Shown piece by piece: positions 42,564-55,273 of a stretch of DNA of 64,000 nt (position 1 is the first letter of the stretch; every line of letters starts with the position of its first letter). The translations under genes were made by a program, and so were the position numbers. The notes beneath the pieces are model-generated. The model was given only the letters and a program-made list of their open reading frames with translations. It did no database searches and was not told where the DNA came from. Source of the DNA: Octopus vulgaris (lineage: Eukaryota); assembly GCA_951406725.2 (NCBI GenBank), contig OX597818.1:1302001-1366000 (forward strand), written 5' to 3'.

Positions 42564-44739
42564 GCAGGAGTGGCTGTGTGGTAAGTAGCTTGCTTACCGT
42601 ACAAGCGCGTTGACGTTGCTTCCTACAGAGAACCGAGTTGGGCGTGAGTGTGTTGGCTCCGTCCAATATTGAACTGAAAGAAAAAAGAACAACAGCAGCA
42701 TAAGGTCGTCGAGGCAGGTGGTTTTGTTTTCGTTTGAGCTGGGTGTAATTTGTCAAATAGTAATTGCATGTTTGTTGATAAATTTCGCCCAGCTCTGGGG
42801 CAATTCTGCCTGCTGTTTGTTGTTTTGTTGTATTGGGGAAAAAAAGCGGGGTGGGGTGTCCTAGCCCGAACTTACTGGATTTTGCCATTAAAACTTGTTG
42901 GATTACCATTGAACCTACGAAGTTGGCCAGGACCATCTGTTGGCCATTGATGTTTGCTGTGTGAACTGTTTTTCTTTTCTTTATCCTTCTGATTTTTTTC
43001 TTTTTTTTCTGTTTCCTTTGGATTTTATTTTGTATTCATTTTTGAACTGACTAGTTTATTTCCTTTTGGACTTCTTGTTAATTTATTTCGACTTTCTTTC
43101 TCCTTTTAACATAAGAAGTGCCTTAGAGTGGGAGGTTGTCCCACCTAAGCAATGGATTGAAAACCTTGAGAGGAGGACGGTGGTATTACGGACCTATTCT
43201 AGGGCGCGTGTTGCCATCACCCTCTTCGATAGGGATATCATAGAAAAAGAGCTGGCAAGGTGTTTGCCAGCTAAAAAATACTTTATAGCTGAGGGAGTCA
43301 AATATGCAACGGTGTGGTTGCTGTTTGACTCCCCTGAGGAAACTGGCAGCGTGGCTAGCCAGCCCTTGCAAGGGGAAGAAATTTATTTTTTCCCACTTGT
43401 TGTGGGAAGAGGGTAATAAGAGCCTGGGTATGTGGGATTCCCCCGGGCGCCGAAGCGAGGTGGATCGCAGATGCCACCCGGCGGGGACTAGGGGATAGTG
43501 AGCCCAGGCTTTTAGACGTGAAGGTGACGCCTGCGGTCAGCTGTGAGGACGCAAAGGCGACTTTGACCCAATGGACCCCAGTGTCCGCGGGTGAAATGAC
43601 TTTCCCTGACTTTTTGAAAATGGCTGGCTCCAGGTATTCAGTGATACTTGAGAGTCGCCCCCCCCCAAATGTCACTCGTGCCTGAAGTCGGGCCAAATTG
43701 GTAAGGCCCTGGAGCAGGGAAAGGTGAAGAAGCTCTCCGCGCTCCCATTGCAAGGAGAAACGGAAGAAGTCGTTGAGGCGTCGGCTTCAACGAAAAGATA
43801 GAGGAAAGTGAGCAATGGTGGTTGCTCACCAGCTGAAGTGCAGGTTACGGGAGAGGAGGAGGACCTTCCGGGTATGCCGACGGAGGCCCCGACTTCCGCA
43901 ACCACAAAAAGAAAAAGGAGAAGGAAGAGAAACGGCAGACAGTCGGCGGATGTCGATGTGCCGCCGACGGATCCCGAGGCTCCTTCGGTGGGAAGTGTTC
44001 CACCGGAGCGAGAGGCTCTGTCAGTGGGGATTGTGCCACTGACAGAGAAGGTTGAGGCCCATCCCCGTGAGAATGAGGTGGAACTTTTAATTTCCTACCT
44101 CAGGGGAGGGCTTGTTGAGATGTACTTGGACAGTCTTCTAGACCGAGAACGATACGACTCGGTCTGTATAGACGGTCCATGTTGGCCTCTGCAGGTGGCT
44201 GCGGAGGCTGTTACCCAAGAAGAATTAATTGCGGTCAGGAGGACCTGCAATAATGAGGATTTTGTGTCCCTCCTCCGGGCCTGCCAATGCAGACTTTCCT
44301 GCAGGAGGCAGGGAACTTACTTGGGGGCCCGGACGAGGAAGCTGAATGAAAAATTAAATTTTGTTTTTGAAATTTTTATACTGGTATCTAATTACTGTAT
44401 TTTAATTTTAATTCTTGAATTTTAAATTGAGCAGTGTTCTCGAGGGGTTATCGGTCGGCGGGCGCCGGTGCCCCTCCCATTTTTATTCATTATTTCGTTA
44501 TCATCCTTATCACATTAATGTCTTTGTCCAGCTCGCAGTTACTCTGTGTACTGCCCTTGTGGCAAATTATGTGAATAAAAGTAACTTGCTTACCAACCAC
44601 TTGGTTCCGTGTTCAGTTCCACTGCGTGGTACCTTGGGCAAGTGTCTTCTACTATAGTCTCGGGCCGACCAAAGATTTGTGAGTGGAATTGGTAGAGGAA
44701 ACTGAAATAAGCCCGTAGTACATATGTGTGTATGTGTGT

Positions 44740-44780
<41 letters not shown>

Positions 44781-44973
44781 TGTGTCTGTGTTTGTCCTCC
44801 CCACCATCGATTGACAACCGATGCCTGTGTGCTTACGTCCCCGTAACATAGCGGTTCGGCGAAAGAAACCGATAGATTAAGTACTAGGCTTACAAAGAAT
44901 AAGTTCTGAGATCGATTTTGCGACTAAAGATTGTGCTCCAGTCAAATGACTGAAACAAATAAAAGAGTAAAAG

Positions 44974-44975
<2 letters not shown>
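42564..44975 (+). mobile_element. tRNA-derived SINE split by a 2-kb insertion
   Basis: The head (A box tggctgtgtgg) runs 42564-42598 and resumes at 44579 with B box gttcagttcc, (TG)n and tail. Confidence 0.85.
42599..44578 (+). mobile_element. ORF1-only non-autonomous LINE-like element (HAL1-like)
   Basis: 16-bp TSD aagta(g/a)cttgcttacc, broken ORF1-like frame at 43066-44425, AATAAA end, no RT. Confidence 0.75.
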
Positions 44976-45022
<47 letters not shown>

Positions 45023-46034
45023 CATCTATGTATACACACGCGCGCACGGCAAACGCACCTGTACAGGTAAAATCTATTTTTGCATATGACTAACAGAAGT
45101 GTTTCGGACTTTTTGGATAAAATCCTTGTCCGGGAAGATGGAAAGAAAAAGAGAAAAACAGGGACAGAGGGAGAGGGAGTGACGGATTGAGATGGAGAGA
45201 GAAAGAGAGAGAGAAAGAGAGTAGTCTCTCTTTGTTTCTAGTGTATGAGATTACTGATAGCAACAGGAAACAACCGTATACGCGCACAAAAGTGTGTGAT
45301 ATGGAGATAGGTAGAGCACAGGCACATACTTTTGTGATTATGATTCACATGTCTTTTCTCGGTATGTAAATGTACATAATGATATAAATAATAAAAAATA
45401 AATGAAATGAAAAATGAGGCAAATAAAATACAGTTAGCAGCATTGTTACAAAGGCATTCTGCGTAATGCACATAGATAAAACAGGTGGATTTGGGTGTGA
45501 TTAGGAAGAGGAAATGAAGAAACGTTTATTTAGTCATCTGGAATGCTTTCACTGGAAACTCCTTAGTTTCGGCCACATCTGTTCAAGTGCACTCACCGCA
45601 TATGACACACCTGCTCCTATACCAACAACGACAAAACAATCACCGACCTTAAAGTTTTGTACCAAATCACCCAAAGCTTCAACTGCACGTCCACCTGCAG
45701 CATATACGGCATCACATGTGAAGTAGTGAGAGGGCAAAGCAAGATTCAAAAGTACCCCAGACAACCTTAGCATCTCGGGTATGACAGCAAAACACTGGTA
45801 GGGCAACGTCAGTGTATTGGACAGTTTAGCATAGCGAGCGTAGAAAGGCACAGAGATGCAGAACAGGTACTTGACAGAGGTGCTACAGGAGAAAAGAACA
45901 TCATCACTTTATCAGTTTCGTTTGATATTCCTCCTCAGTTCAGAGAGTAAAGTATTTTACAGACAGTTGGCAAGAAGTGTGTATAATGCACACACACGCA
46001 CACACATACGTGCACATACATACACAACGCATAC

Positions 46035-46092
46035 ATGGCGGTGCCCCAGCATGGCCACAGCTCATGAGCTGAAACTAGAATCAATCAATCAA
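46035..46092 (+). mobile_element. Solo 3' tip of the CR1-group LINE
   Basis: Nearly identical to 17151-17208, including (AATC)n. Confidence 0.85.
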
Positions 46093-47552
46093 ACATAAAC
46101 ACACAGTCTGATAAATTTATCAAGGCAAATGGAGATTAATATACTAAACCATCTCAGTGCACTACTGTCAGTTCCTCCAAACAGACTAAAATATAGTCCG
46201 ATAATTAACTGATAAAATAATATTATTTAATGAACTGGCGTGAATTCAGTTTTTTTTTTTTGAGCGGCAATGGAAATCAATAATTCTACTATTCCACATG
46301 TAAGGTCACTTGACGATGCTACTGGTAATACGCAACTCTGTACAACGTGTTGCATAGTTAGACTGTGATTAAACAGGCAGCAATACGAAGGTTTCTTGAT
46401 GAGCGAGTTATTTTGAACATGCTGCCTGAGCGTGCAAGACATTTCAAAGAAATGACGTCAAAGAAATCATTTCATTCACATAAGGCATGGAAGAAATATG
46501 TAACGTTCATCTTCAAAAATTTTAAATTTGTGGCAGAAGGGTGATCGAGGCATCTGATGAAAGAGGCAATATGCGATCGTGTTGCATTAGAATCCATAAC
46601 AAACAACTGTAATGAGGTATTATGGTCTGGACTAAAATTTTGGTTTTGTTCTTTATTTGTTATTGCGTTTAGCTCTTGCTCTGTCCAGATCGAGCACACC
46701 TATAATTATAAGCGTTCTAACCAAAACTTTTTGGTTTCAGATAACCTGTACGCCAGACGTTATTATATTAAGTGTATTTTCCAAAACAATGAAGTGTAGT
46801 TTGAAGTGGATTTCGATGTTATTTCTGGTTGATCGGTTAACCCCACGGAGGTTCGATTGTTACTTTATGTCCGGTTTCTGCTACAGAAGCTAAATTTGAT
46901 AAATATTATTCTCCAACACAAATTTAATTAGATAAAATCATAACTTCGCGTGTGCTCATGCACACATATACATACACATATATACACACGCGCGCACAAA
47001 CAGATATACATACACAAGCATACAGATATACTTGTCGACCAGTTAAAAAAAATATTTGCTAATTTTGTAAATATTTATTGCCTTTATTCTGTTCTTTTCT
47101 ATGTAACACCAGTAGTACACTATTTATGCTCGACAGCTTTCAAAAGAGGAATATTTCAAAGTTGTTTCTGGAAGGTGTAAATACCCAAAGGACATGTCAG
47201 AATATCTGACAAGCATGGAGTAGATTTCCTCAAAACATTGCCAAGATTAAAGCAGGTTGTGTTAAACAGTTGGTGATCTTAAATTCAGACACATACGTAT
47301 AAAAATAGTTTATAGACACAGAAAGAAAACGATATATACAATTTAGAAATGTTGAGAGAATGTGAAGCAATTCTTATTTTGGAACGGTGGATCTCGAAGT
47401 AAATAAAGCTATAGATAATTGTGGCATGTAAATATTCAATTAAAAGGCCTTTCGACAAAAAAAGGTCGAAATCAGCCTGTGGGACTCGAGTTGAACAGAT
47501 TACCTTCCCACTATTTGCCCGCTGTTATTTATCTGCTTCTAGATCTACCTTG

Positions 47553-47596
<44 letters not shown>

Positions 47597-47982
47597 TATA
47601 TATATATATATCTGTGCGTAGGTATGTGTATTTGTGTGTGTATGAGGGTGCATGTTTGTGTGAGTATGCGTGTGTGAGCGTGCTAGCGAGCATACGACTG
47701 TGTGTGTGGAGATAGATGTATATATATTAAACTGAGGACATTTTTTTAAAGAGAACTTAAGAATAACAACGGAACACTTACTGATGGAGAGAATCAATAG
47801 TGAAAGTCGAGTCAAATTAATTATAAAACTCCTGTTGACTGAAAGTTTAAGTGTCACCTATCATATTCAAATAGACCCAATAAATCCCAGTCAACATGAA
47901 TTTTACAAAATATGTATGCGTGTCTCTGTCAGTCTATCTCTGTCTATCTAACTATCGATCGATCGGTCTGTCCGTCTGTCTG

Positions 47983-48070
<88 letters not shown>

Positions 48071-48089
48071 CGAGTGTTGTGAAAAGCTA

Positions 48090-48820
48090 ATAACAGCGAT
48101 GATTTGCTGTGTGAGGGGCAAAATACCTGGCGTGGATGGTCTGTCCTACGAGCTTTTCTTTTATATACCAGATTTGTTTGGAGGCCTCTTGAGTAATATC
48201 TATCGCAAACGGCTGCAGAACAGGAGAATTTCTAGTTCTATGAATCCAGGAGCGATGGCATTGTTGAAAAAGCCCCAAATAAGAAAACCAAATAGATAAT
48301 TTTATGCCCATAGCTCTGCTAACGCAGACTTCAAAATTTTAGCTAAGATCTTAGCGATGAGGTTTGGCGTTTGTCGTATGTTGTCGTTACTCTGATTGGT
48401 GATATGCAAACATGAGCTATTCCAAACAGGTTTATCGACCCCACTTCATGCGATACATCCGAAAAAGGATAGATAAAGATCTTGGCATGAGCAGGGCCTT
48501 AGTAATTTTGATTGGAACTATTAAGTATCATACACTTGGTCCGTCAAGGTTGTCACCCCTTGGCTCTCCTGTATAGATTATCTCTAGAGTCATTATTTAG
48601 GAAACTGGAGACATTGAGGCACATATCGCGTGAACTAGGCCCTGGGAGAACCGTGTCAATATACGCAGAAGTTGTCACCGTTATAATGTCGGACACTAGA
48701 CACATAAACCTGATCAGCCCTTCACTGAAGGCTAACGTGGTGGTGACAGGGCTAAAAAGTCAGTGGGCCTGCAACTCGACACCTCGGGAGGCAGAACATG
48801 CCCCAACTGCCTTTAGCCCT
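48090..48820 (+). mobile_element. Decayed Tx1-like RT fragment
   Basis: GKIPGVDGLSYE, DFKILAK and VRQGCHPL motifs. Confidence 0.75.
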
Positions 48821-48861
48821 TAGAGGTTAACAAAGAAATTATTATTACAGTTATTCTTAGA

Positions 48862-49020
48862 AGACAGCGAGCTGGCGGAATCGTTGGCACGATGGACAAA
48901 GTGCTTAACGATATTTCACCTGTCGCTACGTTCTGAGTTCAAATTCCGCTGAGGTTGACTTTGTCTTCCATCATTTCGTGGTCGATAAATTAAGTACTAG
49001 TCAAAGTAGAAAGGATTGTT
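48862..49020 (+). mobile_element. Short SINE-like repeat family (also 49347-49560, 56750-56870, 56950-57125)
   Basis: Shared ggcgagctggcagaatcgtt..gagttcaaatt..cgagg motif. Confidence 0.65.
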
Positions 49021-49246
49021 ATTAACACTTACAGGTGGCCACTAGAGCAGTAAAAATAACAGAAACAGTAGCAGTAACACCAATTTCAGCAGCACAGAAA
49101 CAGCAGCAGCCACAACAAGAACAGCAGCAAACAAAATAAATAACTCACCAACATCAATGACTTCCACACACCAGACATCAAGTAAACAACGTCCCAAAAC
49201 AACAACAACCTAAGCAACAAAGCACAACCAAAAAGCCCCCACAAGA

Positions 49247-49348
<102 letters not shown>

Positions 49349-49799
49349 GACGGTGAGCTGGTAGAATCTTTACCGGGCCGGGTAAAATGCTTAGCGGTAT
49401 TTCGTCCGCCTTTACGTTCCGAGTTCAAATTTCACCGAGGTCTACTTGCCCTTCATCAATTCAGGGCGGATAAAATAAGTACCAGTTGTGTACTGGTGTC
49501 AATGTAATCGACTAGTCCCCTTCCCAAAATTTCAAGCCTTGTGCTTATAATAGAAAGGATTATTACTATTATTATTATTATTGAGTGAGAGAGCAGTGCA
49601 TGCCATCAAAGTGACACTGGCGTATATACCCCAAATGTACACATCCAACTGTACATACAAGGTATACTATAGATTCTGCCTAAAATAAAATCTATATTTA
49701 GCAGGGTTGTATATTTAGCAGAATTATGATATACCCAAAGATAGAAGGGATCACATTGCACTGAGGGTCCCCGAGAAAGGAATAACATCTTTTTTCAGT

Positions 49800-50900
49800 G
49801 AATATGATTTTTTATAGTTTATGATCAGAACTTTGTGCTGCGATCAAAATCTTCTCGCTCTAAGTTTGTAGTTTATTTTTCCATTTCCTTATTGACTATC
49901 TTGTCTGGTGTTAGTCATGTATGGGTTTCATCACCGAATATCAGAACATAACATTTTGTAATCCAGTCTTTAATTCAGGTTTCAGTTTTTTTTTTTTCCT
50001 TTTTAAATATTTTCTCTCAATGTTTCCTCATCCTTCTCACATCTGTATGCTATCTCAGTTTCTATTTTCAAAGCTGTTGGTCTCCCTAAAGACAGAAAAT
50101 AATTTTATTATTTTGTTCATGTATTGTGGCTATTGTACTGGTTTTCCGTCATTCTTTACTAAATATTTTTTTAGTGCTATAGTAGATATTTTGTAATAGT
50201 TTTATAATTGTAGATGACTCCTACTTCGCTGTGTTTGAGGTAAATATAATCTTTCTGTGTCAGTTTTTGGGTGGTGCACTCTAAAGTCTGTCATTATTTC
50301 CCTAGTTTTTGTATCTAATATTACTAAATCACTTAGTTTCCAGTTGAGAATATAACTGTAACTTGTTGCTGAAACAGCAAGGGTACTCGCGTGTGCGTGT
50401 ATGTGTGTGTGTGTGTGCGTGTGTAAATATACATACATATATACATATATACATATATACATATGTATATATATATGTGTGTTTGTACCCCCCCACACAC
50501 ATATATATATGTTCTTAACTATTCGTCTAATACATCTTTAATTTTCCTTCTTGTTTGTACGAGTTCTGTCTAGTCCATTAATATCTAAGTATTTGTAAGT
50601 CTCTATGGGTCTGCATTATGTAAATTTCTTGTGCCTCTCCATTTGACTTAGTCTGTCAAGTTTGTTTCATTATTTAACTTGATATTACTTGATATTAGTA
50701 TTTTTCTTCTGGGAAATAATGACTTAGTGCATTTTGCTTTCATTAAAATCTTGTCAGTTTTTCTACTAAAGTTGTGAAGCATATGTAACAGTTGTTCGTT
50801 AACTCCATCTTATAGTTTGAGGATACCTTAATCGCTCTGTCTGTGTCGGAGTTACAAACGGGAAATATTTTCTGATTATATTTCTCTGAACACAGTCTGA
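49800..50900 (-). mobile_element. Decayed R4/Dong-like fragment
   Basis: HHPKTDTERLYL and SYSYILNW match the 18427-18882 peptide. Confidence 0.6.
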
Positions 50901-50959
50901 TTCCGTCCTTGTAGTTCCTGATGAATGTCCGATCGATAATGAACAGTTTAGGGAATTTA

Positions 50960-51440
50960 GATGCAGGTGTACCTGTGTGGTAAGAAGCTTGCTTCTCAAC
51001 TACATGGTTCCAGTTTCAGTTCCACTGCGTGGCACCTCACGCAAGTGCCTTTTACTATAGCCTCGACCGACCAAAACCTTATGAGTGAATTAGGTACACA
51101 GAAATTGAAAGAAGCCCCGAAGCTCGTAGTAGATATATATGTGTGTGTATGTGTGTGTGTATATACTGTATGTATGTATAATGTTTCTATGTATGTATAT
51201 ATAATATACGTATATATATACATGTGTATATGTATGTTTGTCGCTAACAACCACTTGACAACCGGTGTTAGTGCGTTTACATCCCCGCAACTTAGCAGTT
51301 CAGCAAAAGCGATCAAAACACTAAGTACTAGGTTTAAAAAAACAAGTACTGGGGTCGATTCATTCGACTAAAAGTTCTTCAAGGCGATGCCCCAGTATGG
51401 CCACAGTCTAATGACTGAAACAATTAAAAGATAAAAGATA
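50960..51440 (+). mobile_element. tRNA-derived SINE with LINE-like 3' tail
   Basis: tRNA-like head, microsatellite core and tail ggcgatgccccagtatggccacagtctaatgactgaaac. Confidence 0.85.
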
Positions 51441-51596
51441 ACCCTTGACGAAGTAACTACGCAGAAGTGGGGTGAAATTAAAGTCAATTAGATCTGTGCT
51501 TAGGCTACCTCCGTAGTGATTTATATATAACTGTCATATTCCAATTAAAAGTTCTAGTTTTCATAACTCCTAAAACACACGCCTGCCAGAAATGAT

Positions 51597-51751
51597 CAGT
51601 GGCGTCTTAAAGCATGGATGCACTGGACAGTTGTCCGGGGTCCTTACGGGTCTGATCTATGTATGCTGTGGATTGCTCTCAATAAATAAATACTATAGGG
51701 CCTAGCGCATGGATTTGCCTAGGGACTTATAATGCTGCTAGGACGGCCCTG
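51597..51751. mobile_element. hAT-like MITE
   Basis: Termini cagtggcgtctta / taggacggccctg with an imperfect 8-bp TSD gaaatgat/caagtgat. Confidence 0.55.
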
Positions 51752-51892
51752 CAAGTGATATATATACACTGTTCACCATCATTGACTCTTTGTAATTGAT
51801 CCAGACGGAATGACAGTTATTCCTTTCTTAATCATTGTCTTCAAATGTTGTTTTACATATGAATATCTGTTCACTCCAGTTATATGAATTCG

Positions 51893-53517
51893 GACGTGGT
51901 GTTTCAAGGTTGGTAAGCTTAATTGCTTGTCTCAGATTTTGGAGTTTATTAAATTTGTTCTGTTTTGAAACACCTTGTTTCTCCCACGCGAGTGGAATTA
52001 ATTGTCGTCGTTGTTTCCCCTTGCTTGAGGGATAGAAACGTTTGATAATTATCACGAAGTCCAGTCTCGAGGAGATAGATTCTTCCGACATGGATTCATC
52101 AGAGAGCGCAGTGTGTGAAAAGCAGAGTTTTGCGGCTGCGGCAGGCTATAGAGGAAAATTTTGGAAGTGATAACGAACGAATTAAAGAAATATGAAAGCA
52201 TGTTGTATAGGGAGGGGCAGGAAATAAGATTGTCCCCTCCGGGTAAAGTGGTTCAGAGTGTAACCAGGAAAACGGTAACACTCAAAAGTTTTAACAGAAA
52301 GGAAAAGACCATCAATGTAGCTGAAAGAAGAGAAATCGCAAAGTGTGTGGGCTCCCATCTGGTCGGATATAGCATGCCTCGCCATGGGGACCGAATTTGC
52401 AACATTGGAAGGGAGGTTTCTCACCGAAGAGAAGGCCAGGCAACAGTCCGTGGCTTCATTAGCAACAGAGAATATAATCCTCCTACCTTCTTACCTTGGA
52501 AGACGGGCTTCCAGGGTGAGGGTGGAGGAGATACCACTAGAAATGGATGTTACCTGGCTGATGGCAGCCATAGTATTAGGCCCTGGAGGAGAAAGTAACA
52601 ATCCTCCAGGATGCGAGAGTACCAGCTCAGAACTGGATGAGGCAGGGCCTGGAAATGGTCATCCAGGCTGCTCTAGAGACTTGGACACGATAGTGGACAC
52701 CATTGTGATGGGTGAAAAAAGTTAAGATTTATGGTGGAGGGCAGGAAGCCCTGGTGTTTTAAGTGCGGCCCGATGAGCCACATAAGAGCCGAGTGGCCTC
52801 CATCCCTTGCAAAGATTCTAGTAGCTCAACCAGTGGAAACTGTACTTCATCCAGTATGGCACCAAAGGCGATGGAAATACAAATTGATCCATGTGAAAGC
52901 AGTGAAAGAATGGACTGCCGGAACATATAAAAGAAGGTAGAGACAACATGTCAGTGACGAAGATCCTCAACCGTTTGCAACCCATCCTGCCTCTCTCCTC
53001 CCCACCCTTCTCCCACATGCACCAGCCGCCGCCCTGAACCACCAGCAGACATGAACCGAAGTCCCAACACAGCCCCACCCCATGAAAATAGATATATTGA
53101 AATATTCTGTAAGTCGATTAAACAGTTGGCGGAGGGGGTTGACAAAATGGACAAGGGCATGAAGGTGTGCGATGTTGATGACTACTTTGATAACGCGACT
53201 GGCGTAGTTATTAGTAAAGTGCATCTTAAAGAACTAAGAAAGGAGTATGCGTCGATCATTGATGAGCAGGCGATAGAAATCGACTGTGCAGTGGATCAAA
53301 ATCTGTAAGTTTACAGATTTTTTTAAAAAAAGAACCTTAATTAATGTAATTGTTTGTAATAAGGTTCAATGAGGTCGCTCGGAGTGCGGTGTTCGAGCGG
53401 CAGTCATTCCACCTTCTCATTTAATTACTTTTTATCGTTTTCATTCGTTTTTTTAATTTTTTCAACTTTTATGTTTGTCTGTCTTTGTGCTGTCCCCACT
53501 ATGTCCAGAATAAAATT
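51893..53517 (+). mobile_element. ORF1-only LINE-like element (copy A)
   Basis: Broken frames YLGRRASRVRVEEIP and CFKCGPMSHIRAE (CCHC knuckle), AATAAA end, no RT. The 5' boundary is approximate. Confidence 0.7.
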
Positions 53518-53531
53518 AATTCGTAATTTGG

Positions 53532-55259
53532 GCGCCAAGAGTTAGTGTCGATATTTGCGACCAGTGTCGCTCGTTTGCATGTTATATTACAGTTGTTGAA
53601 TATTGTTATTGTGTGTGTTGTTAACACACTATTGTTTTACTGCATTGTGGTAGTCCTGTTATCGTTATCTTCTTATCTGAGGTGGGGAAACGCTTGTTGG
53701 TGAAAATGGATTTCAGTTATGATACGTTGAGTCTTTCTGATTAGTCAAAAAGTGAAATGGTGGAGTCTATAATTAATATGGAGGAGATGGAAGTGGAGAG
53801 AAAAACGAAATAAGATTTTGCGACTGCTACAGGCACTGTGAAGAGGATATTGCGTTAAAGGTGCAGGATGTGAAAAGGTATAAAATCATGATGAAGAAGT
53901 GGGGTTGAAGAAGTTGAACTAATCCCTCTTAGTGAAGTGTCACAAGATGTACTGGCAAAAATGGTGACGTACGAGTCATATTCGATAAAAGCGAAAAAAA
54001 TCGACGGGGTAAAGAGGAATCAAACTGAAAAGTGCTTGGGACCTATCTGACTGGAAATCAAGTACTTGGCCAGGGGCAACAATTATGCGACAGTTGAGGT
54101 ACGTTTTCACGCAGAGGAAAGGGCCACACAATACGACAGACGAGATAATATTACTACTAACTTACTTTGGAAGACGTGCTTCAAAGGTAAGGGTGGAGGA
54201 AATACCACCGAAGGTGGACGTTGCCTGGATGGTGGCAGGCATAACGTTAGGCTTGGAAGAAATAATATCAATCCTCTAAGCAACAAGAATACATACTCAG
54301 AACTGACTGGGCCAGAGACTGGAAATGATTATCCAGGCGACTTTGGAGGATCTAGATAGCATCACAGACACCATTTTGGTGGGGGGGGGAAGGATGAGGG
54401 TTCTGGTGGAAGGCAGGAGGCCTCGGTTTTTTAAGTGTGGCCAGAAGGGCCACATAAGAGCAGAATGCCCTTCACTTCCCGTAAAAAAGCACCAGTGATC
54501 CCATCTGCCGCCTGCAACGACAAATGCAGAGGAAAAGAAGACACGTGACGTCGGTTTCCAAGAGACAGAGGAAAATGAGGAAGATTCACTCTGCTATTAC
54601 TAGCCCACACCTCCTCACCATTCCCTCACTCTACTCCCCTCTATCCCAACCTACCTCTGCAGACACCAGCTCTCGTCTTACCCCACCGGTTAGTGTTTCC
54701 CCTCCACTTTGTGTCTTTGTCTGTCCCTACAAATATACAAACATACATACAAGGCAATCAAACTCCCCCTCCCGTCCTCCATAAACGACGTTTGTATTTA
54801 TAGAAAAAAAGATGAAAGATATGAAGACACTAATAAGAGTGAACACGCCCACATATGAGATGTGTACTCATCGATGGGGAAAACGACCGTGCGTTGAGAG
54901 AGACGTGTGAGTCGGACGTTGAACCTTTGGATGTGGAAGTAGTTATCAATTCGCTACCTCCAGTCATTGACTACGTTGTGTTGAACAAACTGGATTCATG
55001 CGTTGACTGTTTTCTTTCCTTTTTTAATTAAAAAAAGTGTTTTAAGAAAAGAGAAAAAGCGACTCAAACTATAAACATTTTTTATTAAAAAAGAGTTCAA
55101 TGAGCCCATTTGGGATGTGGGGTCGAGTGGCTGTCATTCCACACTTTCTTTCTTCACATTTCATCAATTTTTCATTCGTGTTTCCCCTCCACTTTGTGTC
55201 TTTGTCTGTCCTTGTATTGTCCCCTCTGTATTTCAACCCTGTGTGGTTAGTTAAGAATA
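53532..55259 (+). mobile_element. ORF1-only LINE-like element (copy B)
   Basis: Flanked by a 14-bp direct repeat aattcgtaatttgg. Frames give YFGRRASKVRVEEIP and FKCGQKGHIRAECP. Confidence 0.75.
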
Positions 55260-55273
55260 AATTCGTAATTTGG

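Noticed and set aside
42564-42598. tRNA gene
   Set aside because: It is the tRNA-derived head of a SINE and has no full cloverleaf
45514-45960. Higher-complexity segment with a CFHW..GH pattern resembling a gag knuckle
   Set aside because: The motif is too degenerate and no LTR or pol sequence is nearby
51764-51790. tacactg as the left TIR of the Tc1 element at 55274-56510
   Set aside because: It does not match the right end (tactctgaaccgc) beyond a few bases
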